Below are positions 30,603 to 64,000 of a stretch of DNA of 64,000 nucleotides, piece after piece. Below the pieces are notes generated by a model. That model was given only the letters and a program-made list of their open reading frames with translations, did no database searches and was not told the DNA's origin. Every line of letters starts with the position of its first letter. The stretch's first letter is position 1. Position numbers and translations under genes: made by a program. The stretch is from the human T2T-CHM13v2.0 reference genome, Homo sapiens, in the NCBI RefSeq assembly GCF_009914755.1, contig NC_060928.1. The stretch is one strand, 5' to 3'.

Positions 30603-33010
30603 AGACGGAGTCTCGTTCTGTCGCCCAGGCGGGAGTGCTGTGGCGCGATCTCCGCTCACTGCAAGCTCCGCCTTCCGGGTTCACGCCATTCTCCTGCGAT
30701 CTCCAGAATTTCTGTTGGATTGTTTTTAATTATTTCAATCTCTTTGTTAGATTTATCTGATAAAATTCTGAATTCCTACTCTGTGTTATCTTGACTTTCT
30801 TTGAGTTTCTTCAAAACAACTATTTTGCATACTCTGTCTGAAAGGTCACATATCTCTGTTTCTCCAGGATTTGTCCCTGGTCCCTTATTTAGTTCATTTG
30901 GGGAGGTCATGTTTTCCCCATGTTTTCCTGGCTGAGCTTGATGCTTGCGTATGTTTGTCAGTGTCTGAATATTGAAGAGTTGGGTATTTATTGTAGTATT
31001 TAAAGTCTGGGTTTGTTTGTACCCATCTTTCTTGAGAAGGCTTGCCAGGTATTCAAAGGGACTTGAGTGTTATGATTTAAGCCAATCTGCATTAGGGGAT
31101 ACCCTAAGCCCGGCAATGTTGTGTTTCTTGCCGGCCTGTGGAAGTATTGCTTTGGTGGTCTTGGAAGAGATCCAGAAGAATTCTCTGGATTACCAGGCAT
31201 AGATTCTTGTTCTCTTCCCTTACTTTTCCCCAAACAGAGTCTCTCTCTCTCTCTGTGCTGAGCTGCCTGGAGCTTAGGGTGAAATGAAACAAGCACCCCT
31301 GTGGCCACCATTACTCGACTGCACTGCATCAGACCTGAAGCCAGCAGAGCACTGGGTCTCACCCAAGTCCACGGTAGTTACCACCTGGTTGCTGCCTATA
31401 TTCACTCAATGCCCTAGGGCTGTATAATCAGCAGATACTGAAGCCAGGCAGGCTTGTGTCCTTCCCTTCATGGCAGTGAGCTCCCCCAGGCCATGGGTGA
31501 GTCCAGAGATGCTGTCCAGGAGCCAAGGCCTGGGATCAAAAATGTTAGAAATCTACCTGATGATTTTTATTCTGTAGCTAAGCTGGCATTCAAATAATGA
31601 GACAGTGTCCATCCCTCTCCTCCTCCCTCCCCTTTCCACAGGCAAAGGAATATCTCCCTGTGGCCACCACCACCACAGGCCTACAGGGACTAATGCCAGG
31701 CTACCACTGATGTTCATTTAAGGCCCAAGTCCTCTTCTGTCAGCTTGTGGTAATGCTGCCAGGCCAATGACTCACAATTCAGGGCAGTGGGCTCCCATCT
31801 GGCCCAGGACCAGTCCAGAAATGCTGTCCAAGTGTCGAGGCCTAAAACTGGGGACCCCACGAGCCTGCTTGATACTCTGCTCCACTGTGGCCAAGCTAGT
31901 ACAAAACAGAGTCCCCTTTACTTTTCCCTCTGCTTTTCTCATGTAGAAGGAGTCTCTCACCATAGCCACCGTAGCTGGAAACGTGCTCAGTCTCGCCTGA
32001 AGCCAGCACATTTCAGAGTCTCAACCAAACCTACAGCATACTACTTGAGTATCATTGCTGGTTATAAAGGGCCCAGGGACCCTTTAGTCAGCAGATGATG
32101 AATCCTGCCATGACTGTGTCCTTCCCTTCTAGGCAGTGGGTTCACTTCTGGCCCAGGGAGTGTCTAGAAATGTTGTCAGGGTTTAGGGCCTGGAATGGGG
32201 GTCTCATGACTCTGCCTGGTGCTCCATCCTATTGTCGGTGAGCTAGTAACCAAGATGCAAGTCAAAATTCTTTTGATTCTTCCTTCTTCCCTCCTCAAGC
32301 ACAAGGAAGGAGTCACTTTAGTTGTTGTAAGCTGTGCAGCCTATGGTTGGGAGAAGAGTGTGCAGGCACTCCCTTAGCCACCCTGGCTGGTGTCTCACAA
32401 GGTTTTGTGCTGCTTAAATCCACTGCCTCTGACCCCAGCACAGCACTAGGGCTTGCCTAGAAGTTGCAATCCTTGTGGTCTAGACTGCATTTCATGTTTT
32501 TTTTAGCATCCCAGAGAACTTCAGCCCATGGTTCTGAGGCTTGCTGCAACTCAGATTCCAATGACTGAGACAGGCAATTTCCCTGTGGCTAGGGCTTGTC
32601 TAAATGCTCCCGCCATGGGTAGAAATGGGATGAATTCAGTATGGTTCTGCTTTCTACTGTGACAAAGTAGCACTAAGTTAAATGTAAAATCTCATAATCC
32701 TTGTGCTCTCCTTCTCCCAAGTGCACAGATTCTCCACACCATACAGCTGCTGGGGGATGGAGGATGGGTGGTTTCTGCAAGACTGTCTTTCCTACCCTCT
32801 TAATGCCTCTTTCAGTGATATGAAATTAAAACCAGGTATTTTGATTGCTCATCTGATTTTTGGTTCTTATGAAGGTTTTTTCTTTTTTTCTTTTTCTTTG
32901 TGTGTGTGTGTGTGTGTGTGTAAATCATTGTTAAATTTGGTGTTCCTGTTTGGTGGAGAAGAATGATGATTGGTGGAGGCTTCTATTTGGCCAATTTGTT
33001 CTGCCCTTCC
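25700..33010 (-). mobile_element. Old, near full-length L1MA-class LINE-1 (about L1MA1-3), degraded, with internal deletions
   Basis: 3' end motif gtatccatcacctcaagcatt. Minus-strand ORF2 remnants (27831-28019 [16 protein letters not shown], 28303-28578, 28789-28983). Long GC-richer 5'UTR ending near ttggccaatttg at ~33000. Confidence 0.85.
30569..30697 (-). mobile_element. Very young 5'-truncated AluY (AluYd8-type diagnostics)
   Basis: About 33 pure T plus 96 bp of Alu 3' end with all CpGs intact. Perfect 16-bp TSD gatctccagaatttct (30553-30568 / 30698-30713). Confidence 0.9.
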
Positions 33011-33126
33011 CAGCTAAGTCTTAGACATTTTTCTATTTTGTGATCATATGTATTTAGGTTTTTACTTTTTTTTGTCTTTTTTTTTTCCTCACAAATGTAA
33101 TTATTTGTTTGTTTGCTTTTCCTAAG

Positions 33127-33170
33127 GGTCCAAATGGATCAAAAAGTACTAGTGTCTATGGGGAGCTTAA
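33127..33170 (+). pseudogene. ARG-like pseudo-exon 14 (coding part with terminal stop)
   Basis: Strong acceptor tttgtttgcttttcctaag. GGT CCA AA- TGG ATC AAA AAG TAC TAG TGT CTA TGG GGA GCT TAA is 14 codons plus stop with a 1-nt deletion, the same layout as AFP GQKLISKTRAALGV* and ALB GKKLVAASQAALGL*. Confidence 0.65.
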
Positions 33171-33603
33171 ATGATCCCAGAAAATGTCAATGTAGGATCT
33201 TTGATGAGATCTACACTTATTCTTATAAATCATCAAACATATCTAATATTCAAAATAAGAATCAACAAAATAAATTTTCAGGTGCTCACAAAGTTGCTCA
33301 AGAACACTGGCCAGTCTACACTGAAATTGTCCTTTCTTACCCAGCAGAGAAATCTAATTATTGTAACCCTCAGAAAACCCACCGTAATTACCCCTCTCTC
33401 TCAACAACAAGCTTTCTTCTTCTCAAGAGCAGAAACAGAAACATGAAATCAAACAGCTTTCAAAGGGCTCAGGTAGATGTGATGGGCTCTCACACCAAGC
33501 TGGGAATTGTCTGCCAAGTTTCCACAGTGAACAAAACCCTAAAAGCAACTTGGAGTTTTTGTCTATGCCAATACTGAAAATGTTTATTGCCAAACTGAAT
33601 GAA

Positions 33604-33665
33604 ATAAGCTTCATAATAAAGTTACCTTCCTAATCATAAGCTTCATAATAAAGTTACCTTCCTAA
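33604..33665. repeat. Perfect 30-bp tandem duplication (period 32)
   Basis: ataagcttcataataaagttaccttcctaa at 33604-33633 and 33636-33665. Confidence 0.95.
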
Positions 33666-34826
33666 AGGTTTCACCTTTAATCTTTACCCTAAATATGTGA
33701 TGCTGTATTGGCACCAATACAATATAATGCACTTAAATTAATTTGAGCTTGAAGTGATTATTTGTGATAGTACTTTTTTTCTTTGGAAATCTTTCTGCAA
33801 ACGACATAAAGAACTGATGGGTATCATTTGGACTTGTTTTTATTTTTCCAGATATTTTTGTATAAAAGATAAAGTAAAACTAAGTGCTTAAATAAATGAA
33901 TTATTTTGATTAGAGAACTATAAAAAAATTAATTATCATTCTAATACCCTTTCCTTGAGTTTAATTATTTTTCCTCACTTCAGTGACTTCAACACATTCA
34001 TATGCATTAGTGAATTAGATCCAATAAACATTTGCTGAGTACCTAATGCATTCAATACACTGTGCTAGATACTACAAGGAATAATACAAATATGAATATG
34101 ATTTCACCAGATCACTAATGCATTTATACAAGATATAAGCACATAAAGAATTATAATAAAAGGCAAATTTCAAAATTCTGGTGTCACAAGAGCAGAGCTA
34201 ACTGAAACTGTGGTACACAGGAGCTTGAGATCACACATTGTTACAGAGACCAGGAAAGGTAATGGAAGAAGGGACCCTAACCAGGGACTAGAAAATGGGA
34301 ATGTTTCAACAGAAAGAGATGTGCTAAAGTGTGCAGTGTTTCAGGGAAGGCTGAGTGATTTAGTTTGGCTGGTTTTAAGACAAAAATGACATAGCTGTGG
34401 GCAGTAAGTCTTAGTAGAAGATAAGGCTACGATGGTGGTTGGGGAATATACTGAAGTTTAATTATAACATAGCTAATATTTATCACATTCTTATGTGCAA
34501 AGTGCCAGGCTTTACATGTGCTATTCTTGTAACTCCCCCAACTGTCCAATGAAGTAGGTACTATTATTCCACTTAAAAATGAGGACACATTTTAGAATGG
34601 CAGATTCGGGAAGCATAGTTCGGGGGAAGCCACAGATTATGGTGGTTAACTGTATGGCTTCTGGAGCCATAAGTTTAAATCCTACCTATTTCTTCTACTA
34701 AAAACCTTGGCAAATCTCCTAACTGCTCCATGGCTTACTTTCTTTATCTGTAGCATGAGGTTGAAAGAATAATTTCCTTATGGAATTGTAATGAATATTA
34801 AACGTAGTGCCCAGCAAATAAGTTGT

Positions 34827-34900
34827 TATTAGTTTGAACAATATGAAATCATTGCCTTTGTAGGTCAAATATTGGCAATTTCAAATGGCTCAATCTAATA
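34827..34900. mobile_element. MADE2-like mariner MITE
   Basis: Imperfect inverted repeats tattagtttgaacaatatgaaat / atttcaaatggctcaatctaata with TA ends. Confidence 0.7.
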
Positions 34901-35584
34901 GGTATTAGATGTTATTAATTTAGAAGACAAATGAATGTCATTGAAAGGTTTTGCCCTCTGTAACTACATCCTATTTCTTGTTCTTTCCCATATATATGCC
35001 TCCACCTAATAGTTATACCTGCTGTCTTTATCACTTCATCAATTGCATTGCAAGGGGCTTCTTTCCCCTTCAGTTTCAAAAACCAATCTAAATAGCCCTA
35101 AACCAAATTAAACAGTAATGACACCTAACTGAATATTTCATAGTAGAGCCAAGAGATAATAAAATATACCACTATATCAGGGAAAAACATATATATATAT
35201 ATAATGTTTAATATTTTTTCAGCTATGGGACCAGACTTGTAATAAGTAATACATACATATGGGGAATTTTATAAAAATATTTCAGATAATTCCTTCACTC
35301 ATTCATTTATTCTTTCATTCACTTATTTATTCAATCAATTTTTATTGAGCACATCCTACGCACAAGACACAATATTAGGTACAGAAAAGCTATAAAGATA
35401 AATGTGACACATTCTTTACCATTAATAATAATATATATTATCTAAAATTTAATTTGAGCTAATATATAACTGACAATGAAATATTTGGACCACCTAAAAC
35501 AAGGATAAATTATTCTGTGACAAGTTTATATTCTTGCATTATGCAAAAATGATTCTAAAATAAACTATTTTTTTCCCAGAAATT

Positions 35585-36290
35585 GTATGAGCTATACATT
35601 GCTATGTAACAAATTGCCCCAAATTTAGCGGCGTACTACAACAAACACTTCTTATCTCATACAGTTTCTGAGGATGAGGAATCCAGAATGGTTTCCTTGG
35701 GTTTTCTGGCTGAAGGTCTCTCATGAAATTACGGTCAAGCTATTAGACAGGGCTGCAGTCATCTGAAGGCTTGACTGAGGCTGGAAGATCTACTTCTAAA
35801 ATGGCTGTTGACAGGAGGCCTCAATTCCCTGCTGGCATTTGATAGAAGGTCTCAGTTCTTCATCATGTAGGTCTTTCCAGGGCTGCTCAGGACATGGCAG
35901 TTGACTTCCCCCAGAGCAAGTGGTCCAAGAGAGAGCAAGGAGGAAGCCACAGTGACTTTTATGACCTACTTCAAAGTCTCACAGTCTCTTCCATTTTCCT
36001 GTATTAAAAGTAAGTCCCTAATTGCTAAAAGAGTACATTTTTAAATGTTCTCACCACAAAGAAATTATAAGAGGTTATGGATATGTTAATTAGCTTGATT
36101 TAATAATTCCATAATGTATACATATATAATAATATAATATTGTACCCCATAAATACATACAATTATTATTTGTCAATTAAAAATAAAATAAAAAGACGTA
36201 AGTCACTAAGTCCAGCCCATTTTCAGGATGAGGAAGATTAAGCTTCATCTCTTCAAAGGAGAAGAATCAGACTTTATGGATATAAAACTA
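35585..36290 (-). mobile_element. MLT1 (MaLR) LTR interrupted by an L1MA/MB 3' end (~36021-36197, +)
   Basis: MLT1 motifs (gggctgcagtcatctgaaggcttgactgaggctggaagatc). The L1 piece is flanked by gtaagtccctaa / gtaagtcactaa. Confidence 0.75.
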
Positions 36291-36774
36291 CCACAGAAGT
36301 GATGTTAATGTCTCATTTGAATAATTGATTTGAAATTTTTTGCATTTGGTAGAACTCTGTGCTTGCATGTGCTTGTTACTTTTTTGTTCATAAGTTTTAA
36401 ATAATAACTTTACTATTTCCTGATGTAAAAAGTAACAAATATAAACTATAGAACACTTAATACAGATAGGGAAGTTAGAAAAACATGAATCACTCATAAT
36501 TCTACAATGCAGATATAGCCATTTTTAACATGTTTTTATTTCTTGTGTGTATATATATGCAAATATTAGTGTTCACACACACAAATACATATATATATAC
36601 ACACACATACATATATAATATATATGCCTTAAGTACATAATAAATATTTTGGAACATGTGTATGTGTATATTCTTATTTAGATATATAAGAATTTACCTC
36701 TGTAATTAAAATTACTTGGAAACAGAATTTTAATGGCTACATAACAATATACAAATAAATGTTTATTTCCCTCT

Positions 36775-37069
36775 TTTTTTTTTTTTAGAGACGGAGTCTT
36801 GCTCTGTCGTCCAGGCTGGAGAGCAGTGGCGCCATCTCGGCTCATGCAACCTCCGCCTCCCGGGTTCAAGCGATTCTCCTGCCTCAGCCTCCCGAGTAGC
36901 TGGCATTATAGGTGCCTGCCATTGCACCCGGCTCATTTTTTGTATTTTTAGTAGAGGCAGGGTTTCACCATGTTGGCCAGGCTGGTCTCGAAATCCCAAC
37001 CTCAAGTGATCCACCTACCTTGGCCTCCTAAAGTGCTGGGATTACAGGCGTGAGCCACCGTCCATGGCC
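36775..37069 (-). mobile_element. AluS, full length
   Basis: Poly-T plus reverse Alu. TSD tatttccctct at 36764-36774 / 37070-37080. Confidence 0.93.
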
Positions 37070-37403
37070 TATTTCCCTCTTTCATCTTTTAAAATAATTT
37101 TCTGAACATTTAGGCTTTTTATTTCCTTTTGTCACAATAAATAACAATATAAAACATATCTTTGCAGAATGTCTTTGTATCTCTGGTTATTTTCATATGA
37201 TAGGATCTTACAAGTAGAATTATAGGATAAACAGACTACTAAATTGCCTTCAAGAAAAATTATATCTATTTGTATTTTTACCAGAAGTTTGAGTCCCCAT
37301 CTCATGGTGATTTATTGAGTATTTAATGTTATCATTTCTTAATCTTTGCTAATAGGCCAAAATGTGTATTTATTTATTTATTTTACTTTGTACTTCGGTG
37401 GCA

Positions 37404-38323
37404 TGTCAGTTATTATTTTACTGTCTCTCAGCTCCACATTCACTGTTGGTTGCCCGCTCCGTGAAAATAGATATAGACTCTTGAAATGTTTCCTTTGCAG
37501 CTTGCATGATGGCATACTTTGTCAGTAGAGGGCGCTGGAGACACACTGCAAGAGGAAGGGGTCTTTCCTGATTCCTCCAGGCTGACAGGCCAGGCTACTG
37601 GAGAGCAGGCTTTTTTCCTTCACTACTTTGCCTGGAGTGGTTTCTGCAGTGCTGGTTGCCTGTAGGGTGCAGCTTTCTCCAGCATTTCTCCACTTGCTTC
37701 TCTAGCTTTTGCTTTGGGCAGTGGTGGTATAACCTGGAGCCACAGTGCAAGCCGGTCCTGAAGCTCCAATTGCTGCTCTCCATTTCTTCTCTTCAGCTGG
37801 GTGCACACTCATACAGAGGACCCTGCTGGGCTGGCCAACTACTGAGCCACTTGCCTGAGCTTTGTCTTGTGCAGTCTCGTCACACAAAGTTATGCTAGGT
37901 TCCTGCAAAGTAGGTCCCTCCGGCTCCTAATCCCAACAGTGCCTCGAACAGAACCCGTGACTCCTTCTTTGTGCTTACCCTTTGGCAAAGCCCCAAGTCC
38001 CTCTGCATATCTGCCCACCTGCCTCAGCTGGTCCACACCTAGGGGGTTGGCTGTACCAGCTTGTCCAGTATCTGTGGTCCTGCTCTGGCCTGGGCAAGCC
38101 AGCAAACTTCTCTCCAGTGGGCTGCAACCACACCTTCTCCAGTGAATTCTGAAACCCTCATTCCTGCCTTTCCTTGTTAGGATTCTTTCCCTCAGCCTTA
38201 GGGTACCTTCTCTTTTCATCTTTATTATTATTCTCCTATCATAGCTTAATTATTATTTATATTAAACTTTCCCTGTTTAAATTACTACCTTGTTTCTGTC
38301 TTCTGATTGATACAGACTAACAC
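37404..38323 (+). mobile_element. ERVL-class solo LTR (LTR41/LTR33-like)
   Basis: Starts tgtcagttattatttt...ctgtctctcagctcca and ends attaaactttccctgtttaaatta...gactaacaca (TG...CA). Subfamily from memory. Confidence 0.65.
37520..37538 (+). promoter_or_regulatory. Candidate CTCF motif inside the LTR
   Basis: tgtcagtagagggcgctgg resembles the CTCF core CCAGYAGRGGGCGC. Confidence 0.55.
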
Positions 38324-39876
38324 AGTTGTTCACTGTTAAGATACGACTTTTTTCATATACTTAGTGGCCATTTGCATTCTCTCTTCTGTGATTTTTCTTT
38401 TCATATCTACCTTTTTTTTCTATGTAAGACTTGGTTCTTCTCTTATACATTTCAGTCTATTGAAGACTAACCTTTTGTCATGTTCATGGCAGGTACATGA
38501 CACTAGTTTTTTATAAGTATGTTGAATTTTAACTATTACATTTGCCTCATTTAAGTGAGATGAGACTATTTTCTTATTAATATTGACAGGTGAAAGAATA
38601 GCGATGCAAGCCTCTGGTTTACTCAGTAAGAGAGACTTCTTAGGCTTGAAAAGGCCATAGCACACTTTCACCTTCAACCAGTTTAGGTTTGGTAATACTG
38701 AGAAGTAATGCCTTTGTCTTAAAAATGTTTCATATTTTAATATTGTTAATCTTCCAGTTGGGTTTACTGCATATAATCTCATTCCTTAGTACATGTAATA
38801 TGATCAATTTACTACAATGCTTATGAGGAATGCAAATGGAATTAGTTTACAGAATGAAAGAATGTTGCATATAATTCCATTTTAATACAGAATTTATAAA
38901 TAAAATCATAGTTTATACTTATAGCATTTCTTCATTTTTAGTGTTTTTTTTTCAAGTGGGTTAAACAGATCTGTGAGTACCTTGAGAGTTGTCATGTAGA
39001 ATAAGATGCTAAGAGGGCAGAGTTTGGGATTCCCTATGTAACTTCAGCTACAACAGCCTTGCTTTATCCATTGTATTCATTCAGCAACAAATAGGTATTT
39101 GTGGGCCAAGTCTTGCTTTAGCCGATGTAATATGTCTATGTGATATAAACATTTTTTTGAAAAATAAATAAAGAAAAAGTTCAATTAACTTAAAAAAGAG
39201 CTTAAGAAAAGCTTTGAACTGATGAAAGGTCTTTCATCAGCAGAAGAGAGAGAATAAAAGGGCTGGGGGGAGGTTCAGAAAATTTCAATTAGGATTTCTT
39301 AACAGAGTCCATAATTTTTCCTTTCCAAAGGCCAGACAGCTCTGATGTTACAGATAGTCAGAAGTCAACAGGCCATTTAAGATAGTCCTAGATTTTATGA
39401 AAATGCCAGAGTTTTCAAGAAGCTACTGTCACTATCAGGTAGATTCCTTGATGGTGTAAGACTGTATTTCTTTTTCATTCCAAGAACTGGCAGCTTCTTT
39501 TTTCTGAGTCATTTCTGAATCCATTGATTATGTTTCAGTTCTCTTGAGAGTCCAAGCTAAATGAAGTTTAAACTGCTTATCTGAAGACACCATTTAAATT
39601 TGAGTTCATTACATGGTTTACTATAAAAGCTATTTGGCATATGCAGTATTCAAGCTTATTTCAGTTACTGAAACTAAACTCAAACTCATTTTGTCCAACT
39701 GTGAACCCTAATTAACCTCATCACTTCAAAAAGAAATGAGCTTTTTTTGACATTCAATTTTCTACGATTCAAGTCTCATATATGTTCGTATAAATGCAAG
39801 TACAGAACTTATGCATTCATCAAAGAGTAATATCTCTGAGTTTTTTGAAATGTTTTAGCAATAGAAGCTTGTACTG

Positions 39877-62388
<22,512 letters not shown>

Positions 62389-63319
62389 CTAAAAATAAAA
62401 AAAATTAATTACAATCAGTCTTAGAGTTTTTAACGTAAAAGGTGATAATGGTACTTTCATAAAGGTATGAGATAGAAAGAAATAGTTTAATGGAATCTTT
62501 ACTGTTCTGTCACTTTAACTTAACATAAGTCATTGGAAGTGGAAGCATTCTTAAAATATCAGCAAATGTTGAAGTTGCTAATTCATAAATAAATAACCAA
62601 AGGTGGGAAATGACTGAGGACAAAAATGGTGAGAACAGTGTTCTGTAGCAGGAGGCAGCCACGAAACAGGAATTTGGTTTCATATTCCTTTTTGTATTTC
62701 AACATTTTTAACCAACCTAAATTAAGCACTGGTGTGTGGCTGATACCATCTCTCTATACACTACTCCCTCCTGTGTCCCCAGGGCATGGGATGGGACACC
62801 AGTGCCCCAACTCTCCAAATCTGTGTTCCCTTGTGTAAGTCACTTAGTATCCCTGAATTTCCACAGCTGTGAAATGAAGGTGATCTGTCCTACTTGCCGG
62901 GGCTGTTTAGACTATTAAAGGCAACCACAGAAGTCAAAGATCCCAGCTGGCTGGGTGAAGCAACAGTAAGCAAAGGCTCATTGTTACTGTGGCAGGGGAG
63001 CTTCTCTCCTGGCCTGCCCCACACAGCTGACAATGGCAGACTTTGGCCAGGAAAGTTTGTAGGGGAGGAGCCCTCTACCTTTCCGCCCTTCTAGCTGGGT
63101 ATCAAGATCTGAGACCAGATGTGCTGGTGAGTGACTCAGCGCTTTCTTGCCTGGAAACTCCTCCCTGTGTCTCCCACTGGGAAAACAGCTGTGGTAAGGA
63201 ATGCTCCTGACTTATCTCACCCTTTGTGGCAGGTGGGCCCTGGCAGTGGGAACACTGGCTCTTACCATACCTCTATTCTATCTTTCTCTCAGTGTCTCTA
63301 TGTCTTGAGATGCTCCTCT

Positions 63320-63965
63320 TGAGATGATCATCATTTCTCACTTGGATTATTGCAGCAGCCTCCTAAAAGCCTCCCTGTATCTGTTGTTTACTCTCAACAG
63401 CAGAAACTGTTTTAATGCAAACCTGACCATCTCTCCTCTTTGCTCAGAACTCTTCAATGTCTTCTTGTTTTTCAGATTAAAAGCCAACATCCTTACAATG
63501 GCTTAAAAGGCTGGATGCAACTGGTCTTCTGTTACCTCTTTCATCTCATTTCCTCCCACCCTTCCCTCACTTCATGCAACCACCAGCCTCCCTGGTGTTC
63601 CTTGGCCACTCCAGACAGATTCTCATCTTGGGGCCTTTGCACTTGCTGATCCCTCTGCCCAGAATGATATTCCCCCAAACGTTCACCTTGCCAGCTCATT
63701 CATCTTCTTTAATTATTTAATCAAAAGTCATCTTCTCAAGAAGTCCTTCCTGATCACCCAATCTAAAAGTTCACCTTCTCCCAGCATTTCATATCTTGAT
63801 TTTCTCCTCTGCCCCTGTCCCTGAGTCACCTTCTATATATTTTACTTATTTCCTTATGTTCTGTCTCCTCCATTGAATGTAGCTCCAACAGGGCAGGGGT
63901 ATGTATGCATTTTGTTCACACTGTATCCTGTGCCTGGAAGAGTACTTGGTACATAGCAGGACAAA
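63320..63965 (+). mobile_element. L2 3' region
   Basis: Typical L2 motifs: tctcacttggattattgcagcagcctcct, gggcctttgcacttgctg, gggcagggg...ttttgttcac...tggtacatagcagg. Confidence 0.7.
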
Positions 63966-64000
63966 TTCTGGTTGACTAAAATTATCGGGAAATATTCATT

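Larger units (their letters stand above)
35300..39876 (-). other. RASSF6: Probable RASSF6 3'UTR (distal end uncertain)
   Basis: Lies downstream of the stop codon. Candidate AATAAA signals at several sites, including a cluster at 35306-35346. True end needs transcript data. Confidence 0.45.

Noticed and set aside
33113-33577. 154-aa ORF as a novel gene
   Set aside because: Non-ATG start inside a polypyrimidine tract and no recognisable domain. It merely overlaps pseudo-exon 14.
37595-38219. Cluster of overlapping ORFs on both strands
   Set aside because: Lies within the GC-richer LTR, where stop codons are rarer by chance.

Overview
Human (primate) genomic DNA, repeat-rich, matching the 3' end of the albumin gene cluster next to RASSF6. 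The right part (39877-62388, minus strand) holds nine coding exons of RASSF6. They have canonical splice sites and consistent phases, and encode the RA and SARAH domains and the stop codon; the gene's 5' end lies beyond the window. The left half is not junk: on the plus strand it hides four fossil exons (1381-1480, 4148-4460, 12550-12680, 33127-33170) of an albumin/AFP/afamin-family gene. They match domain III exons 10, 11, 13 and 14 in size, phase and cysteine pattern, and are disabled by frameshifts, splice-site losses, a stop and an Alu inserted in exon 11. This is most likely the unitary pseudogene of the 'alpha-fetoprotein related gene' (Arg/Albfm1). Its introns contain an RPL13A retrocopy split by an unusual 5'-intact, 3'-truncated, tail-less L1 with a target-site duplication (TSD), a perfect 35-bp minisatellite, a full-length inactive L1PA3, and an old L1MA carrying a very young AluYd8-type insertion. 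Repeat subfamily names, reference protein sequences and ALB exon sizes are recalled from memory, not from a database search.
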